Below are positions 1 through 8,884 of a DNA stretch of 22,899 bases, one piece after another. Positions within the stretch are counted from its first letter, which is position 1, and every line of letters starts with the position of its first letter. The notes beneath the pieces were generated by a model. It did not search any database. It was not told the DNA's origin and worked only from the letters and a program-made list of their open reading frames with translations. A program made the translations under genes and the position numbers. Origin of the DNA: Candidatus Hydrothermarchaeales archaeon. GTDB taxonomy: Archaea > Hydrothermarchaeota > Hydrothermarchaeia > Hydrothermarchaeales > JAZGAD01. The DNA lies in NCBI GenBank assembly GCA_036444275.1, contig JAZGAD010000011.1:1-22899 (forward strand), written 5' to 3'.

Positions 1-965
1 ATTCCAACGTCGTTGTTCGAGGCAGTGACATTCGAGATGGATGAATTCGTGGTATTGGCAAATAGCACCCCTTGCCCGTTTTTCTTAAACGTCAAGTCCT
101 TTACTGTGACGTTGACGCTGTTGACAATGCCCACGTACCCGGCGTCTGTGGAGGAATTTATCACCTGATTAGAGACCTCGACGAGGTAGTAGATGGGCTT
201 GCCGTCTACTGTGTTGCTGGTATCGATGGTGTGGACGAAATCTGATATGGAATTGCCGTCTACCCAAAAGTTGTAGGTGTTCGCAGATATGTTATTGCCT
301 GTGAGGGTGTTGTTGGTCGATTCGACAGGATTAGTAGGATCACCAGGAGTAATCAGGATACCCACAATGTTGTTTTGCAAGCTGTTATTCCTTATGGTGT
401 TATGAGAGCCCAATACTAGAATGCCACTGCTTGGTGGCCCTTCTTCCCCAGTCATGCCGGTGTTATTGTTGGCTGTGTTGTTGGATATTGTGGTGTAAGA
501 TCCGAGGAGAACTATACCAATGCTGTTGTTCGAGGCATCAACGTTCTCAATTTTTGAGTAATTCGAGTTAAAGAGGTATACACCGTCACTACCAGTAGCA
601 CCCGTCAAGGTGAACCCACTGATATTCACGCTGTTTGCAGTGACCTCGAAGACGTGGTCGCTTGAATTGGAAGCGTTTACAACCGTAACACTCACACCAG
701 CACCGACTAGGTTCACTGACACATTGACATCCACGTTCTCGGTGTAGAAGCCGGCTACGACCGTCACGTTGTCCCCATCGGTTGCATTGTTAATTCCAGC
801 CGTTATATTGGCCCAACCCGTTGCTTCACTCAAGCCGTCCCACGGGCCAGTATTGGTCCCGTTAACATAAATCGTTGCAGCGCTCACGCTTCCAGCCAAT
901 ACTAATATTCCAATTAAAACTACTATGACGATTCCCCCCCTTATTAGGAAAGGCCTCCCACCCAA
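1..965 (-). CDS. Secreted/cell-surface protein with right-handed parallel beta-helix (NosD/pectin-lyase-like) repeats; 3' end runs off the window
   Basis: Hand translation from TTG at 965 (GAGGTG SD at 976-971, in-frame TGA just upstream) gives MGGRPFLIRGGIVIVVLIGILVLAGSVSA-ATIYVNG...GDNVTVVAGFYTENVDVN...DTSNTVDGKPIYYL. It has a signal peptide, Asn-rich NN-x-GI repeats and many N-x-S/T sequons, and the frame is open to position 1. Confidence 0.85.
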   Translation of the reverse strand, partial: MGGRPFLIRGGIVIVVLIGILVLAGSVSAATIYVNGTNTGPWDGLSEATGWANITAGINNATDGDNVTVVAGFYTENVDVNVSVNLVGAGVSVTVVNASNSSDHVFEVTANSVNISGFTLTGATGSDGVYLFNSNYSKIENVDASNNSIGIVLLGSYTTISNNTANNNTGMTGEEGPPSSGILVLGSHNTIRNNSLQNNIVGILITPGDPTNPVESTNNTLTGNNISANTYNFWVDGNSISDFVHTIDTSNTVDGKPIYYLVEVSNQVINSSTDAGYVGIVNSVNVTVKDLTFKKNGQGVLFANTTNSSISNVTASNNDVG

Positions 966-1192
966 CTTCTCACCTCACCTTATGTCTTCATCGCTCTCAT
1001 ATTTATAATTACCTTTTTTCATTACAACAAAGCGCTTTCTCCCAAGCGCCGTACGAGATTTGCTGCTCATTTCAGGACCAGCTAGTATCCGTATCATACA
1101 TTTTCTTAATTTATGTAAACTAATAATGTTTAACAAATACGGAATAGCAAATAGAAATACTTAAATATCAGGACTGGGATTCCCTTTGTGAT

Positions 1193-2041
1193 ATGATAGA
1201 TAGCAGACACCTTCTTCTACTGTTACTCCTAGTAGCTGGCTGCATTTCTCAAGGGCCTCAGCAACCTCAACCAAAGCAGAGGGATGAACTAACCCTAGCC
1301 ACAACCACAAGCGCCTATGATTCAGGTCTCCTTTCTGTTTTGTTACCTCCTTTCGAGGAAAAGTACAACTGCAAGGTCAAGGTGATAGCCCAGGGCACCG
1401 GGGCAGCGCTAAGAAAAGCTGAGCTCGGAGGTGCAGATATAGTGATAGTGCATGCTCCTGCAGCAGAGGAGAAATTCGTTTCTGATGGCTACGGCATAAA
1501 CAGGCGTCGCATAATGCATAATGACTTCGTCATCGTAGGACCAACAGCTGATCCAGCAGGCATTAAAGGTCTGGAAGACGCTGCATACGCCCTCAAAAAA
1601 ATCGCTGAAAGTAGAGCAGCCTTCTTCTCCAGGGGCGATAATTCCGGCACCCACAAGAAAGAGAAGACCCTCTGGAAAAAAACAGGAATAGAACCTGAGG
1701 GAAGATGGTACCGGCAAACTGGCGTCGGTATGGGTGCTACAATAATAATAACTGACCAAGTAGGGGGTTATACCCTAACCGATAGAAGCACCTTTCTGAC
1801 CATGCGAGAAAAAATTGCACTACATATTCTAGTCGAGGGTGACCCCCTCCTCCTAAATCCCTACAGCGCCATAGCCGTAAATCCTGCCAAGCATCCTGAG
1901 ATAAACTACCAGCTTGCAATGGCCTTCATAGGCTATCTCACCTCTCCGCAGGGACAAAAGATAATACTCGAATTCGGCAGAGAGAAATACGGCGAGGATC
2001 TCTTCCATCCAGACGCGATACTCATGGAGGCCTTGGAATGA
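1193..2041 (+). CDS. tupA: Tungstate ABC transporter substrate-binding lipoprotein
   Basis: LATTTSAYDSGLL (the TTTS motif of TupA), VHAP, SRGDNSGTH and YTLTDRSTF motifs; lipobox-like LLVAGC. Confidence 0.92.
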   Translation: MIDSRHLLLLLLLVAGCISQGPQQPQPKQRDELTLATTTSAYDSGLLSVLLPPFEEKYNCKVKVIAQGTGAALRKAELGGADIVIVHAPAAEEKFVSDGYGINRRRIMHNDFVIVGPTADPAGIKGLEDAAYALKKIAESRAAFFSRGDNSGTHKKEKTLWKKTGIEPEGRWYRQTGVGMGATIIITDQVGGYTLTDRSTFLTMREKIALHILVEGDPLLLNPYSAIAVNPAKHPEINYQLAMAFIGYLTSPQGQKIILEFGREKYGEDLFHPDAILMEALE

Positions 2042-2757
2042 GCAGCCTGCACTTCCTACTGGATGGCGTATTAAAGGCTATAGAGCTTATGCTCTCCCTT
2101 GATCCATATCTCTTAAGCGCCACTAAGGTGTCCCTGCAAGTCTCAGGAGTAGCGCTGATCCTAAGCACTCTTACAGCTATACCACTCGCAGTCCTAATTG
2201 CCATGAAAGAATTCAGGGGTAAGCGGCTCCTTACCACAATCATAAACAGCAGCATGGGACTTCCACCCGTAGTAGTCGGCCTAGTAGTACTCCTCTTCCT
2301 CATACGATCAGGCCCCCTGGGCTTTCTAGCTTTGTTGTATACTCCTACGGCAATGATCATAGCCCAGTATATCCTAGCTACACCCATAATAACCGGAGTG
2401 GCGATACCGGCAATTAGCAGCGTGGAGAAGAAGATAGGCGAGGTAGCTATCTCCCTTGGAGCAAGCGATTTAGACGTGGCGATTCTTGCTTTAAAAGAGG
2501 CAAAGCTCGGTGTGATTACAGCGATTCTAGCTGGCTTCGGGAGGGCGATAGCCGAGGTTGGATCGGTCTTGATTGTAGGTGGTAATATCGCTTTCTTGGA
2601 AAGGGGACATGAAATATCATATACTAGAACTCTTACCACTGCAATAACAGTGGAGACTAGGAAGGGAGACTTCTCTACAGCTATAGCGCTGGGCATTATA
2701 CTCATCGCTCTAGCATTTCTTGTAAACCTAGCTGTAACACTAGTGAAGGAGAGGTAG
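2038..2757 (+). CDS. tupB: Tungstate ABC transporter permease
   Basis: MGLPPVVVGL, GPLG..LLYTP.AMIIAQ, AGFGRAIAEVGSVLIVGGNI and TRTLTTAI motifs; ATGA overlap with tupA. Confidence 0.92.
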   Translation: MSSLHFLLDGVLKAIELMLSLDPYLLSATKVSLQVSGVALILSTLTAIPLAVLIAMKEFRGKRLLTTIINSSMGLPPVVVGLVVLLFLIRSGPLGFLALLYTPTAMIIAQYILATPIITGVAIPAISSVEKKIGEVAISLGASDLDVAILALKEAKLGVITAILAGFGRAIAEVGSVLIVGGNIAFLERGHEISYTRTLTTAITVETRKGDFSTAIALGIILIALAFLVNLAVTLVKER

Positions 2758-2758
2758 C

Positions 2759-3838
2759 ATGCTTAGGGTAGAAAATCTGTGCAAGAGCTACGATGGAAAA
2801 GAGGTCTTGAAGGGCATAGACTTCGAAGTAGAAAAAGGAGAGATATTCACTATTATAGGGCCAAGCGGTTCTGGAAAGACCACCTTGCTCCGACTGCTTG
2901 ACCTCCTGGATCAGCCCACAAAGGGGAGGATATTCTTCGATGGAGTGGACATAACTGGCAGGCACAATCTGGAGCTCCGGAGAAGAATGGCGATGGTCTT
3001 CCAGGGGGCTCCCATCTTTAACATGAGCGTCTATGACAATGTTGCCTATGGATTAAGGCTAAGGAAAGAGCGGAAAGAGGAGATAGATGGGAAGGTTGAG
3101 AATGCATTGGAATTAGTAGGGCTTATGGGCTACGAAGATAGAAATGCGAAGACCCTCTCAGGCGGAGAAGCGCAAAGAGTAGCATTTGCGATGGCCACTG
3201 TCTTCCAGCCTGAATTGCTCCTTTTAGATGAGCCCACAGCCAACTTAGATCCTATCAATGAAGCTCTGGTGGAGGAAATAATCAGGAGAATAAAGAACTT
3301 GGGAATAACTGTCGTTCTAGCAACACATAAACAGGCAGAGGCAATGGGACTGGCTGACCATGTTGCAGTCTTGAATGAGGGTATGATAGAGCAGTTCGGC
3401 GAGCCAAAGGATATCTTCCATCGACCGAGAACCCTGTTTGTGGCTAGGTTCGTAGGTGCAAGGAACATTCTCCAAGGAAAGGTGGAGCATTCAGATGCAA
3501 GCGATGATAAGACTATTATCGCTATTGAAGATTTCAAGGTAGAGACGCCCTATAGAGCGGTTGAAAAAGGAGCAAGTGTATATTTCTGCATCCGTCCCGA
3601 GGAGGTCATGCTTTTGCGGGAGGATAGGCCTATCACTCCGAGGCACACCAACATACTACAAGGCAGGATATTGGATATACACCCCTTTGGCAGTGCCATG
3701 CTCAGACTAAATGTAAGAGTTAAAGACCTGGATTTCGTAGTAGATATCCCGAGGCATGTGCTTGAAAAAATGGAGTTAAATACCGGAAAAGAAGTCAGGA
3801 TTTCCTTGAAGGCCAGCTCCTGTAATATCCTTGAATGA
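2759..3838 (+). CDS. tupC: Tungstate ABC transporter ATP-binding protein with C-terminal TOBE-like region
   Basis: Walker A GPSGSGKT, signature LSGGEAQR, Walker B LLLLDEPT; C-terminal IRPEEV beta-rich extension; starts 1 bp after tupB. Confidence 0.88.
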   Translation: MLRVENLCKSYDGKEVLKGIDFEVEKGEIFTIIGPSGSGKTTLLRLLDLLDQPTKGRIFFDGVDITGRHNLELRRRMAMVFQGAPIFNMSVYDNVAYGLRLRKERKEEIDGKVENALELVGLMGYEDRNAKTLSGGEAQRVAFAMATVFQPELLLLDEPTANLDPINEALVEEIIRRIKNLGITVVLATHKQAEAMGLADHVAVLNEGMIEQFGEPKDIFHRPRTLFVARFVGARNILQGKVEHSDASDDKTIIAIEDFKVETPYRAVEKGASVYFCIRPEEVMLLREDRPITPRHTNILQGRILDIHPFGSAMLRLNVRVKDLDFVVDIPRHVLEKMELNTGKEVRISLKASSCNILE

Positions 3839-4114
3839 TTATTCTTTCAGACCGTACTCCGTCGGTACATTCAGCCGATTAGACATCTTGTAGGCCCATT
3901 CGTCAGCGGTGAGAAAATTCAAGCCATAGCCAAGGGGTTCGGATCCCTCGGGTTGATTACCTAGATTGCTCACTACGACCTTATCCTTCAACTTCCAGAC
4001 GTCGTATTCACCGTGGAGTTCGCAATCCCCCTGCTCTGCCTCTGCCCCTTCTTCCTTTAACAGGCATTTTTTGTTTCCAACCAAACATTTCCCATCAATG
4101 TAATTCTGGCACAT
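3839..4114 (-). CDS. Hypothetical small protein with Cys-rich N-terminus
   Basis: 91 aa; ATG preceded by GAGGGAG; four Cys plus a His in the first 34 residues; fills the gap between tupC and ahcY. Confidence 0.65.
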   Translation of the reverse strand: MCQNYIDGKCLVGNKKCLLKEEGAEAEQGDCELHGEYDVWKLKDKVVVSNLGNQPEGSEPLGYGLNFLTADEWAYKMSNRLNVPTEYGLKE

Positions 4115-4163
4115 GTTTCTCCCTCGAAGGACTTCATTAACGATGGATATACCATAAATTATT

Positions 4164-5420
4164 TTATGTCCCTATCTCCCAGCTGCTGAGGTACTTCGCC
4201 TGCTCTTTCGTTAGCTTGTCTATCTTTACCCCCATGCTCTCGAGTTTCAGCCTAGCGACTTTCTTGTCGATATATTCTGGGACTGGATATACTTTTGGTT
4301 CGAGCTTCTTCCCTTCGGCCTTGATGTATTCTGCGCACAGAGCTTGATTCGCAAAGCTCATGTCCATGACGCTAGCCGGGTGCCCTTCAGCGGCAGCAAG
4401 GTTGATGAGGCGTCCTTCTCCCAAGAGATAGAGGTGGCGGCCGTCCTTCATGGTGTATTCATCCACGTACTCGCGTATCCTCCGCTTGCCTTTGGACAGC
4501 TCTTCAAGGTCAGGGATATTTATCTCCACGTTGAAGTGACCAGAATTCGCTAGAATTGCACCATCCTTCATAGCCGTGAAGTGCTCCTTCCTAAGGATGC
4601 TCATATCGCCGCTTACCGTGACGAAGATCTCCCCTATACTAGCAGCTTCCTTCATAGGCATAACACGGTAGCCATCCATGACAGCTTCTAGTGCCTTGAG
4701 GGGATCGACTTCGGTGATAATAACGTTTGCCCCCATGCCTTCAGCCCTCATTGCTAGGCCGCGGCCGCACCATCCATAGCCGGAGATTACGAAATTCTTA
4801 CCAGCAAGCAAAATATTAGTAGCCCGTAGTATGCCGTCTATAGTACTCTGCCCAGTGCCGTAGCGATTATCAAAGAAGTGTTTGGTGCTAGCGTCATTTA
4901 CAGCGATCACCGGATAGCGAAGTACACCTTGTTTTTCCATGCTCTGGAACCTTATCACGCCCGTGGTAGTCTCCTCTGTGCCTGCGACTATCCCTTCTAG
5001 GAGTTCCTTCCTATCAGAGTGAATAGTAGATACCAAGTCCCCGCCGTCATCCATGGTGATCTCCGGTTGCATGTCAAGCACCTTGTGAACATGCTTGTAA
5101 TAGGTATCATTATCCTCCCCGTTTATAGCGAAAACGGGTATGCCATAATGTTTTACCAAGGAGGCAGCAACATCGTCCTGCGTACTCAAGGGATTCGAGG
5201 CACATAAAGCCACTTTTGCGCCACCTGCCTTTAAGGCATCAACTAGGTTAGCTGTCTCTGAAGTAACGTGCAGACAGGCCCCTAATTTCAGTCCCGCCAG
5301 GGGTTTTTCCCTCTCGAATCTCTTCTTTATAATGTTCAATACAGGCATCTGCCGAGATGCCCATTCTATCTGTAGCTTCCCCTTCTCTGCTAACTTCAAG
5401 TCCTTTACATCATAATCCAT
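4164..5420 (-). CDS. ahcY: Adenosylhomocysteinase (SAH hydrolase)
   Basis: [49 protein letters not shown] and MDMSFANQ motifs. Confidence 0.98.
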   Translation of the reverse strand: MDYDVKDLKLAEKGKLQIEWASRQMPVLNIIKKRFEREKPLAGLKLGACLHVTSETANLVDALKAGGAKVALCASNPLSTQDDVAASLVKHYGIPVFAINGEDNDTYYKHVHKVLDMQPEITMDDGGDLVSTIHSDRKELLEGIVAGTEETTTGVIRFQSMEKQGVLRYPVIAVNDASTKHFFDNRYGTGQSTIDGILRATNILLAGKNFVISGYGWCGRGLAMRAEGMGANVIITEVDPLKALEAVMDGYRVMPMKEAASIGEIFVTVSGDMSILRKEHFTAMKDGAILANSGHFNVEINIPDLEELSKGKRRIREYVDEYTMKDGRHLYLLGEGRLINLAAAEGHPASVMDMSFANQALCAEYIKAEGKKLEPKVYPVPEYIDKKVARLKLESMGVKIDKLTKEQAKYLSSWEIGT

Positions 5421-5626
5421 AGTTTCACCTTATTTGATTAGATTAAACTCACCAGACCAGCTAAGATAGGTTTAAAGGATTTAAATAAATTTGCCATGGT
5501 TTCTAATGTGAAAATTGAGGACTGAGGAACCTAAATTTTATATAATATATGCTTTCATATTTATCCCGTGGGATGGTGTGATGCCTTCGAATTGCACTAT
5601 ACTATCTCTAATAAAAGGAGGTCCTT

Positions 5627-5902
5627 ATGACGGAGTCCAAGAAGCGTTTTACTACGGAAGAAGCCAAGAGAATAGGCGAGGAAATCGGCATAGATTGGAG
5701 CGAATTCGATGTCGAACAATTTAGGATGGGCATCGACGTTGAACTTGAGCATGGGACGATAGACCCTTCTACTGATGTAACTCACGACGACCCGATAACG
5801 ACCGGCAAAATCGCGCTCGCACACCTAAACGAATTTCCAGACTATTACACGAGACTTGAAAAAATGGAAGAAGAGGCGGAGCGATCCCACAGCGAACACT
5901 AG
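5627..5902 (+). CDS. Conserved hypothetical protein (DUF5661-like)
   Basis: FDVEQFRMGIDVELEHG...TGKIALAHLNEFPDYYTRLEKME; strong AGGAGGT SD. Family name is from recall. Confidence 0.8.
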   Translation: MTESKKRFTTEEAKRIGEEIGIDWSEFDVEQFRMGIDVELEHGTIDPSTDVTHDDPITTGKIALAHLNEFPDYYTRLEKMEEEAERSHSEH

Positions 5903-5940
5903 GATACCCAATAAAGATAGGTCTTGTTTTTGAAAGATAT

Positions 5941-5966
5941 TTCCGCGTGCCCATCCATCGTAACCA
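5941..5966 (+). repeat. Dispersed intergenic repeat, copy A
   Basis: TTCCGCGTGCCCATCCATCGTAACCA; 21/26 identical to 7621-7646 and 20/26 to 8890-8915. Confidence 0.75.
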
Positions 5967-6013
5967 TCGTATTTTGGTTGGTTCATGTCTAAATAATATT
6001 CTGCATGTTAAAA

Positions 6014-6029
6014 TGTAAACATGTTTACA
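6014..6029. promoter_or_regulatory. Perfect 16-bp palindrome, probable vapBC autorepression operator
   Basis: TGTAAACATGTTTACA directly upstream of the antitoxin SD. Confidence 0.7.
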
Positions 6030-6042
6030 AAAGGTGAGAAGT

Positions 6043-6279
6043 TTGAATATAACCATAAGGGATGTAGACGAAAAAGTCTTCAGGAAGTTTAAGGCAGAAG
6101 CGGTAAAAGAGGGCGCACGGCTCGGTAACGCGGTAACGAAGGCGATGAAATTCTGGCTGGATAAGAGGGGAAAAGAAAAGCGCCACAAAAAAAGCCTCGT
6201 GGAATTAAAGTCGTTTGACTGGGGTGCCGGCACCGAAAAAAGCAGCGTAGAAATCAATGAGATACTTTACGGTGGTTAG
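6043..6279 (+). CDS. vapB: Putative VapB antitoxin (ribbon-helix-helix-like)
   Basis: NITIRDVDEKVFRKFKAEA N-terminus and S.EINEILYG C-terminus; abuts the PIN gene. TTG at 6043 follows an AGGTGA SD; the ORF track start GTG 6034 lies within that SD. Confidence 0.8.
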   Translation: MNITIRDVDEKVFRKFKAEAVKEGARLGNAVTKAMKFWLDKRGKEKRHKKSLVELKSFDWGAGTEKSSVEINEILYGG

Positions 6280-6678
6280 ATGGGAGTGTTCATCGACTCC
6301 AGCGTGTTTGTAGCATATTACAACGAACGGGATCTGCACCACAAAGCGTCGGTAGAATTGATAAAGAAATGCGTCGAGGGCGACTTTGGAGAACTCTTCA
6401 CTTCTGACTACGTATTCGACGAGGCAGTTACCGTAACGTTTGTCAAAACTGGCTTGAAAAAAGCGGTTGAACTTGGCCACTATCTATTAAACTCAGAAGT
6501 CTCATTACTTGAAGTCGACAGAGATGCCTTCAACACAGCTTGGGAGAGGTTTAAAAGCGTAGAGATGAGCTTCACCGACTGCACGAATATTGCAGTGATG
6601 AGACTCCATGGAATAGACAAAATTCTAACCTTCGACAGAGGATTCAAACAGGTAAAGGAGATAAAAGTCATACCATAG
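6280..6678 (+). CDS. vapC: PIN-domain VapC toxin (ribonuclease)
   Basis: VFIDSS, VFDEA, SFTDC and LTFDRGF supply the four conserved acidic residues of PIN domains. Confidence 0.92.
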   Translation: MGVFIDSSVFVAYYNERDLHHKASVELIKKCVEGDFGELFTSDYVFDEAVTVTFVKTGLKKAVELGHYLLNSEVSLLEVDRDAFNTAWERFKSVEMSFTDCTNIAVMRLHGIDKILTFDRGFKQVKEIKVIP

Positions 6679-6703
6679 TCGGCCGCCAGATATCTTTAAT
6701 AAT

Positions 6704-7126
6704 ATGATATGCCCAGATACTTCTGAAATGGCAGAAATTGGAAGAGTAAATGTAAAGTTTGGATGGATAGGGATTCTTTTATTCACAATCTTCGGGGGTT
6801 TTCTTGAGATAAAGCTTTTAGATGCGGTCTGGGCTGAGCAGTTCCTTGCACCAACACGTGCGCTATGGAGGTCTGCCCACGTACATGGTCTACTTTTATC
6901 TTTTTACAACCTCTTTTATGGTATCCAAATAGACGGGGCAAACTTAACTGAGCGGGCCAAGCGCGGAGGGAGCGTTCATGCCATAATAGGAGCTATAGTT
7001 CTCCCAATCTCCTTATTCCTCTCTGCTTTTTACTATCCATTGCGCTATCTTGCAGCACTTGGAGGGCTTGCTGTTATTGCGTCTGCCGTTGTTATGGTCA
7101 AAGGGCAGCTTGAACGACGTGATTAA
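6704..7126 (+). CDS. Hypothetical four-helix membrane protein with RSAHVHG motif
   Basis: Four hydrophobic segments; the true start may be ATG 6728 (MAEIG). Confidence 0.7.
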   Translation: MICPDTSEMAEIGRVNVKFGWIGILLFTIFGGFLEIKLLDAVWAEQFLAPTRALWRSAHVHGLLLSFYNLFYGIQIDGANLTERAKRGGSVHAIIGAIVLPISLFLSAFYYPLRYLAALGGLAVIASAVVMVKGQLERRD

Positions 7127-7205
7127 CAACTCATTAACTAACGAGGAGATTAGAGGTAAAGATGTTAGAAAGATCTATCCTATTACAGTAAAGGTGATAA
7201 TATGA
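7127..7205 (+). pseudogene. Possible 3' remnant of a toxin gene (DUF4258/BrnT-like C-terminus)
   Basis: Frame reads NEEIRGKDVRKIYPITVKVII* with TGA (7203-7205) overlapping the next ATG (ATGA); no convincing start. Confidence 0.35.
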
Positions 7206-7555
7206 AAAAAACTTCGAAGGTGTTGCCTTATCCTTGTAGGTGCGGCGGCAAGCTTGTGAAGGCACCGATACACATTGAATACTTCGGGGTGGACTTCGGT
7301 ATTAGGGATGGACATGTCTGTACGGAATGCGGCGATGAATATCTGACCGACGAGATATGGCAGGAGATAGAGGACAAGGCTAAAGAGTTGGGGATCTTCG
7401 GTATCGAGAAGAAAGTTAAGATAAGGAAATCGGGCAACTCACTCGTAGTTACCATACCTCCAGAGATTGCTAAGTACACGGGCATTAAAAAAGAGACTCT
7501 CGTAAGTCTGATACCCTCTGGAAAAGGAAAAATAGAGATCGAAGTAGCAGGGTGA
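7202..7555 (+). CDS. Zn-ribbon (MqsA/YgiT-like) plus AbrB/MazE/SpoVT DNA-binding domain protein, probable antitoxin
   Basis: CRCGG...CTECGDEY zinc ribbon; KIRKSGNSLVVTIPPEI swapped-hairpin motif; AGGTGA SD. Confidence 0.85.
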   Translation: MKKTSKVLPYPCRCGGKLVKAPIHIEYFGVDFGIRDGHVCTECGDEYLTDEIWQEIEDKAKELGIFGIEKKVKIRKSGNSLVVTIPPEIAKYTGIKKETLVSLIPSGKGKIEIEVAG

Positions 7556-7620
7556 GGAAACTCATCATAATCACCTTACGTGGAACATAGACGAGCAGGA
7601 CTCCCTACAATTACAACTGA

Positions 7621-7646
7621 TTCCCCGTGCCCATACATAGAAACCT
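7621..7646 (+). repeat. Dispersed intergenic repeat, copy B
   Basis: TTCCCCGTGCCCATACATAGAAACCT; 21/26 identical to each of copies A and C. Confidence 0.75.
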
Positions 7647-7719
7647 CTGCCAACCACTTCTTTTCAAAAAATACGGCACAGGTTAAAGTTACAAAAGGTT
7701 ACTAAAAGGAGGGTTTAGA

Positions 7720-8223
7720 TTGCCAAAGACATTTCCCGTGCGCCTTACAGAAGCTGGGAGTATAGCCGACACCTTTGAGGTAGTTAAGGACGCCGTGTGG
7801 CAATCCCTGCGGAAGAGTCGAGCTGGCCTCAACCTAGGCATAGCAGAACTAGGTGGACAAGAGAACTTCTTCATCGGGGCCTTTTACCCAGTTGGATCAA
7901 ACATGATAGTGATGAACAAGGCTCCCATCAGGAGGATTCATGAAACGGATTACGCACTCTTCAAGCCCTATTCATTCCATATTCTATTACACGAATACCT
8001 CCATGCTATTGGCTACCTCGATGAGACCACCACTAGGGGGTTAACCCAAAAAATCACTGAGGAGACCCTGGGTGCCAGTCATACTGCAACCCTAATGGCA
8101 AATGATCTATCCGAATATCTTCCGAATCTGGCTTATCCCGAGGTGGGGTGGCAACCCGGTAGCGAACTGATGATAGAATTAGTGCCAGGCTTCGATCGCT
8201 CGAACACCAACTATATAGCTTGA
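7720..8223 (+). CDS. Hypothetical protein with HExxH zincin-like metal-binding motif
   Basis: HILLHEYLHAIGYLDE; TTG start after an AGGAGG SD. Confidence 0.8.
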   Translation: MPKTFPVRLTEAGSIADTFEVVKDAVWQSLRKSRAGLNLGIAELGGQENFFIGAFYPVGSNMIVMNKAPIRRIHETDYALFKPYSFHILLHEYLHAIGYLDETTTRGLTQKITEETLGASHTATLMANDLSEYLPNLAYPEVGWQPGSELMIELVPGFDRSNTNYIA

Positions 8224-8264
8224 TCTAGGAGTTCCTTCTGGAATACGCGTAGAAAAATTTGGGC

Positions 8265-8840
8265 TTATTGTTCAATCGTGACCTTTTCCATCTTGTCCCC
8301 TGCCCTCAAGGACTTAACTATGTCCATCCCTTCAGTTACCTTTCCGAAAACTGCGTATTTTCCGTCTAACATATGTGCTGGCGCCAAGGTCACATAAAAC
8401 TGGCTAGAGGCACTGTTTGGATCCTGCGCGCGCGCCATGGCAACTGCGCCTTCAACATGTTTAAGTTCTGGATCTACTTCCAACAGGATGGTCTTGGCAG
8501 AGCCGCCAGTCCCATCTCCCCGCGGGTCACCCCCTTGGATAACAAATCCCGGTTCGTACCTATGGAATGTTAGGCCGTCATAGAAACCGGATTCCACAAG
8601 CTCGATAAAATTTGCAACGGTGGTCGACGCACGTTTGGCGTATAACTCGAATCTGAATTTCCCCTTGTTCGTTAATATTACCGCGGTTGGATTGTCTGTC
8701 ATTGTTTCACTTCCTTCTTCTAAAACCTCTGCAGAAGAAAATGTCTTTTCATCGATGTTATTAGTTATTTCAGTCTTTGTTTCGCTTCCTATACAACCAG
8801 CTACAAGCATAAGCACAATAAATGCGACGATTATCCTCAT
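8265..8840 (-). CDS. Cyclophilin-type peptidyl-prolyl cis-trans isomerase, predicted lipoprotein
   Basis: [31 protein letters not shown] and YAVFGKV motifs. ATG 8840 gives [16 protein letters not shown] (lipobox) and lies downstream of a BRE/TATA, so it is preferred to the ORF track start 8903. Confidence 0.93.
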   Translation of the reverse strand: MRIIVAFIVLMLVAGCIGSETKTEITNNIDEKTFSSAEVLEEGSETMTDNPTAVILTNKGKFRFELYAKRASTTVANFIELVESGFYDGLTFHRYEPGFVIQGGDPRGDGTGGSAKTILLEVDPELKHVEGAVAMARAQDPNSASSQFYVTLAPAHMLDGKYAVFGKVTEGMDIVKSLRAGDKMEKVTIEQ

Positions 8841-8865
8841 GCGCACCTCTTTTAACCTATCAGTG

Positions 8866-8880
8866 TTTATAAATCCTTCG
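8866..8880 (-). promoter_or_regulatory. Probable BRE-TATA promoter of the cyclophilin gene
   Basis: Minus strand CGAAGGA-TTTATAAA, about 25 nt upstream of ATG 8840. Confidence 0.5.
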
Positions 8881-8884
8881 AAAT

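Noticed and set aside
1021-1142. Weak fourth copy of the dispersed repeat near 1037 and short inverted repeats upstream of tupA (possible metal-responsive operator)
   Set aside because: The repeat match needs gaps and lacks the GCCCAT core; the 5-6 bp arms in AT-rich DNA are expected by chance.
4135-4151. CGATGGATATA shared with the 11225 tandem repeat and partly with repeat copy A
   Set aside because: A 9-11 bp match with no conserved flanks or consistent position.
7638-7688. Integron attC site
   Set aside because: It has an AAC...GTT hairpin but is only about 50 bp, does not fit RYYYAAC/GTTRRRY, is not repeated after the other genes, and no intI is present.
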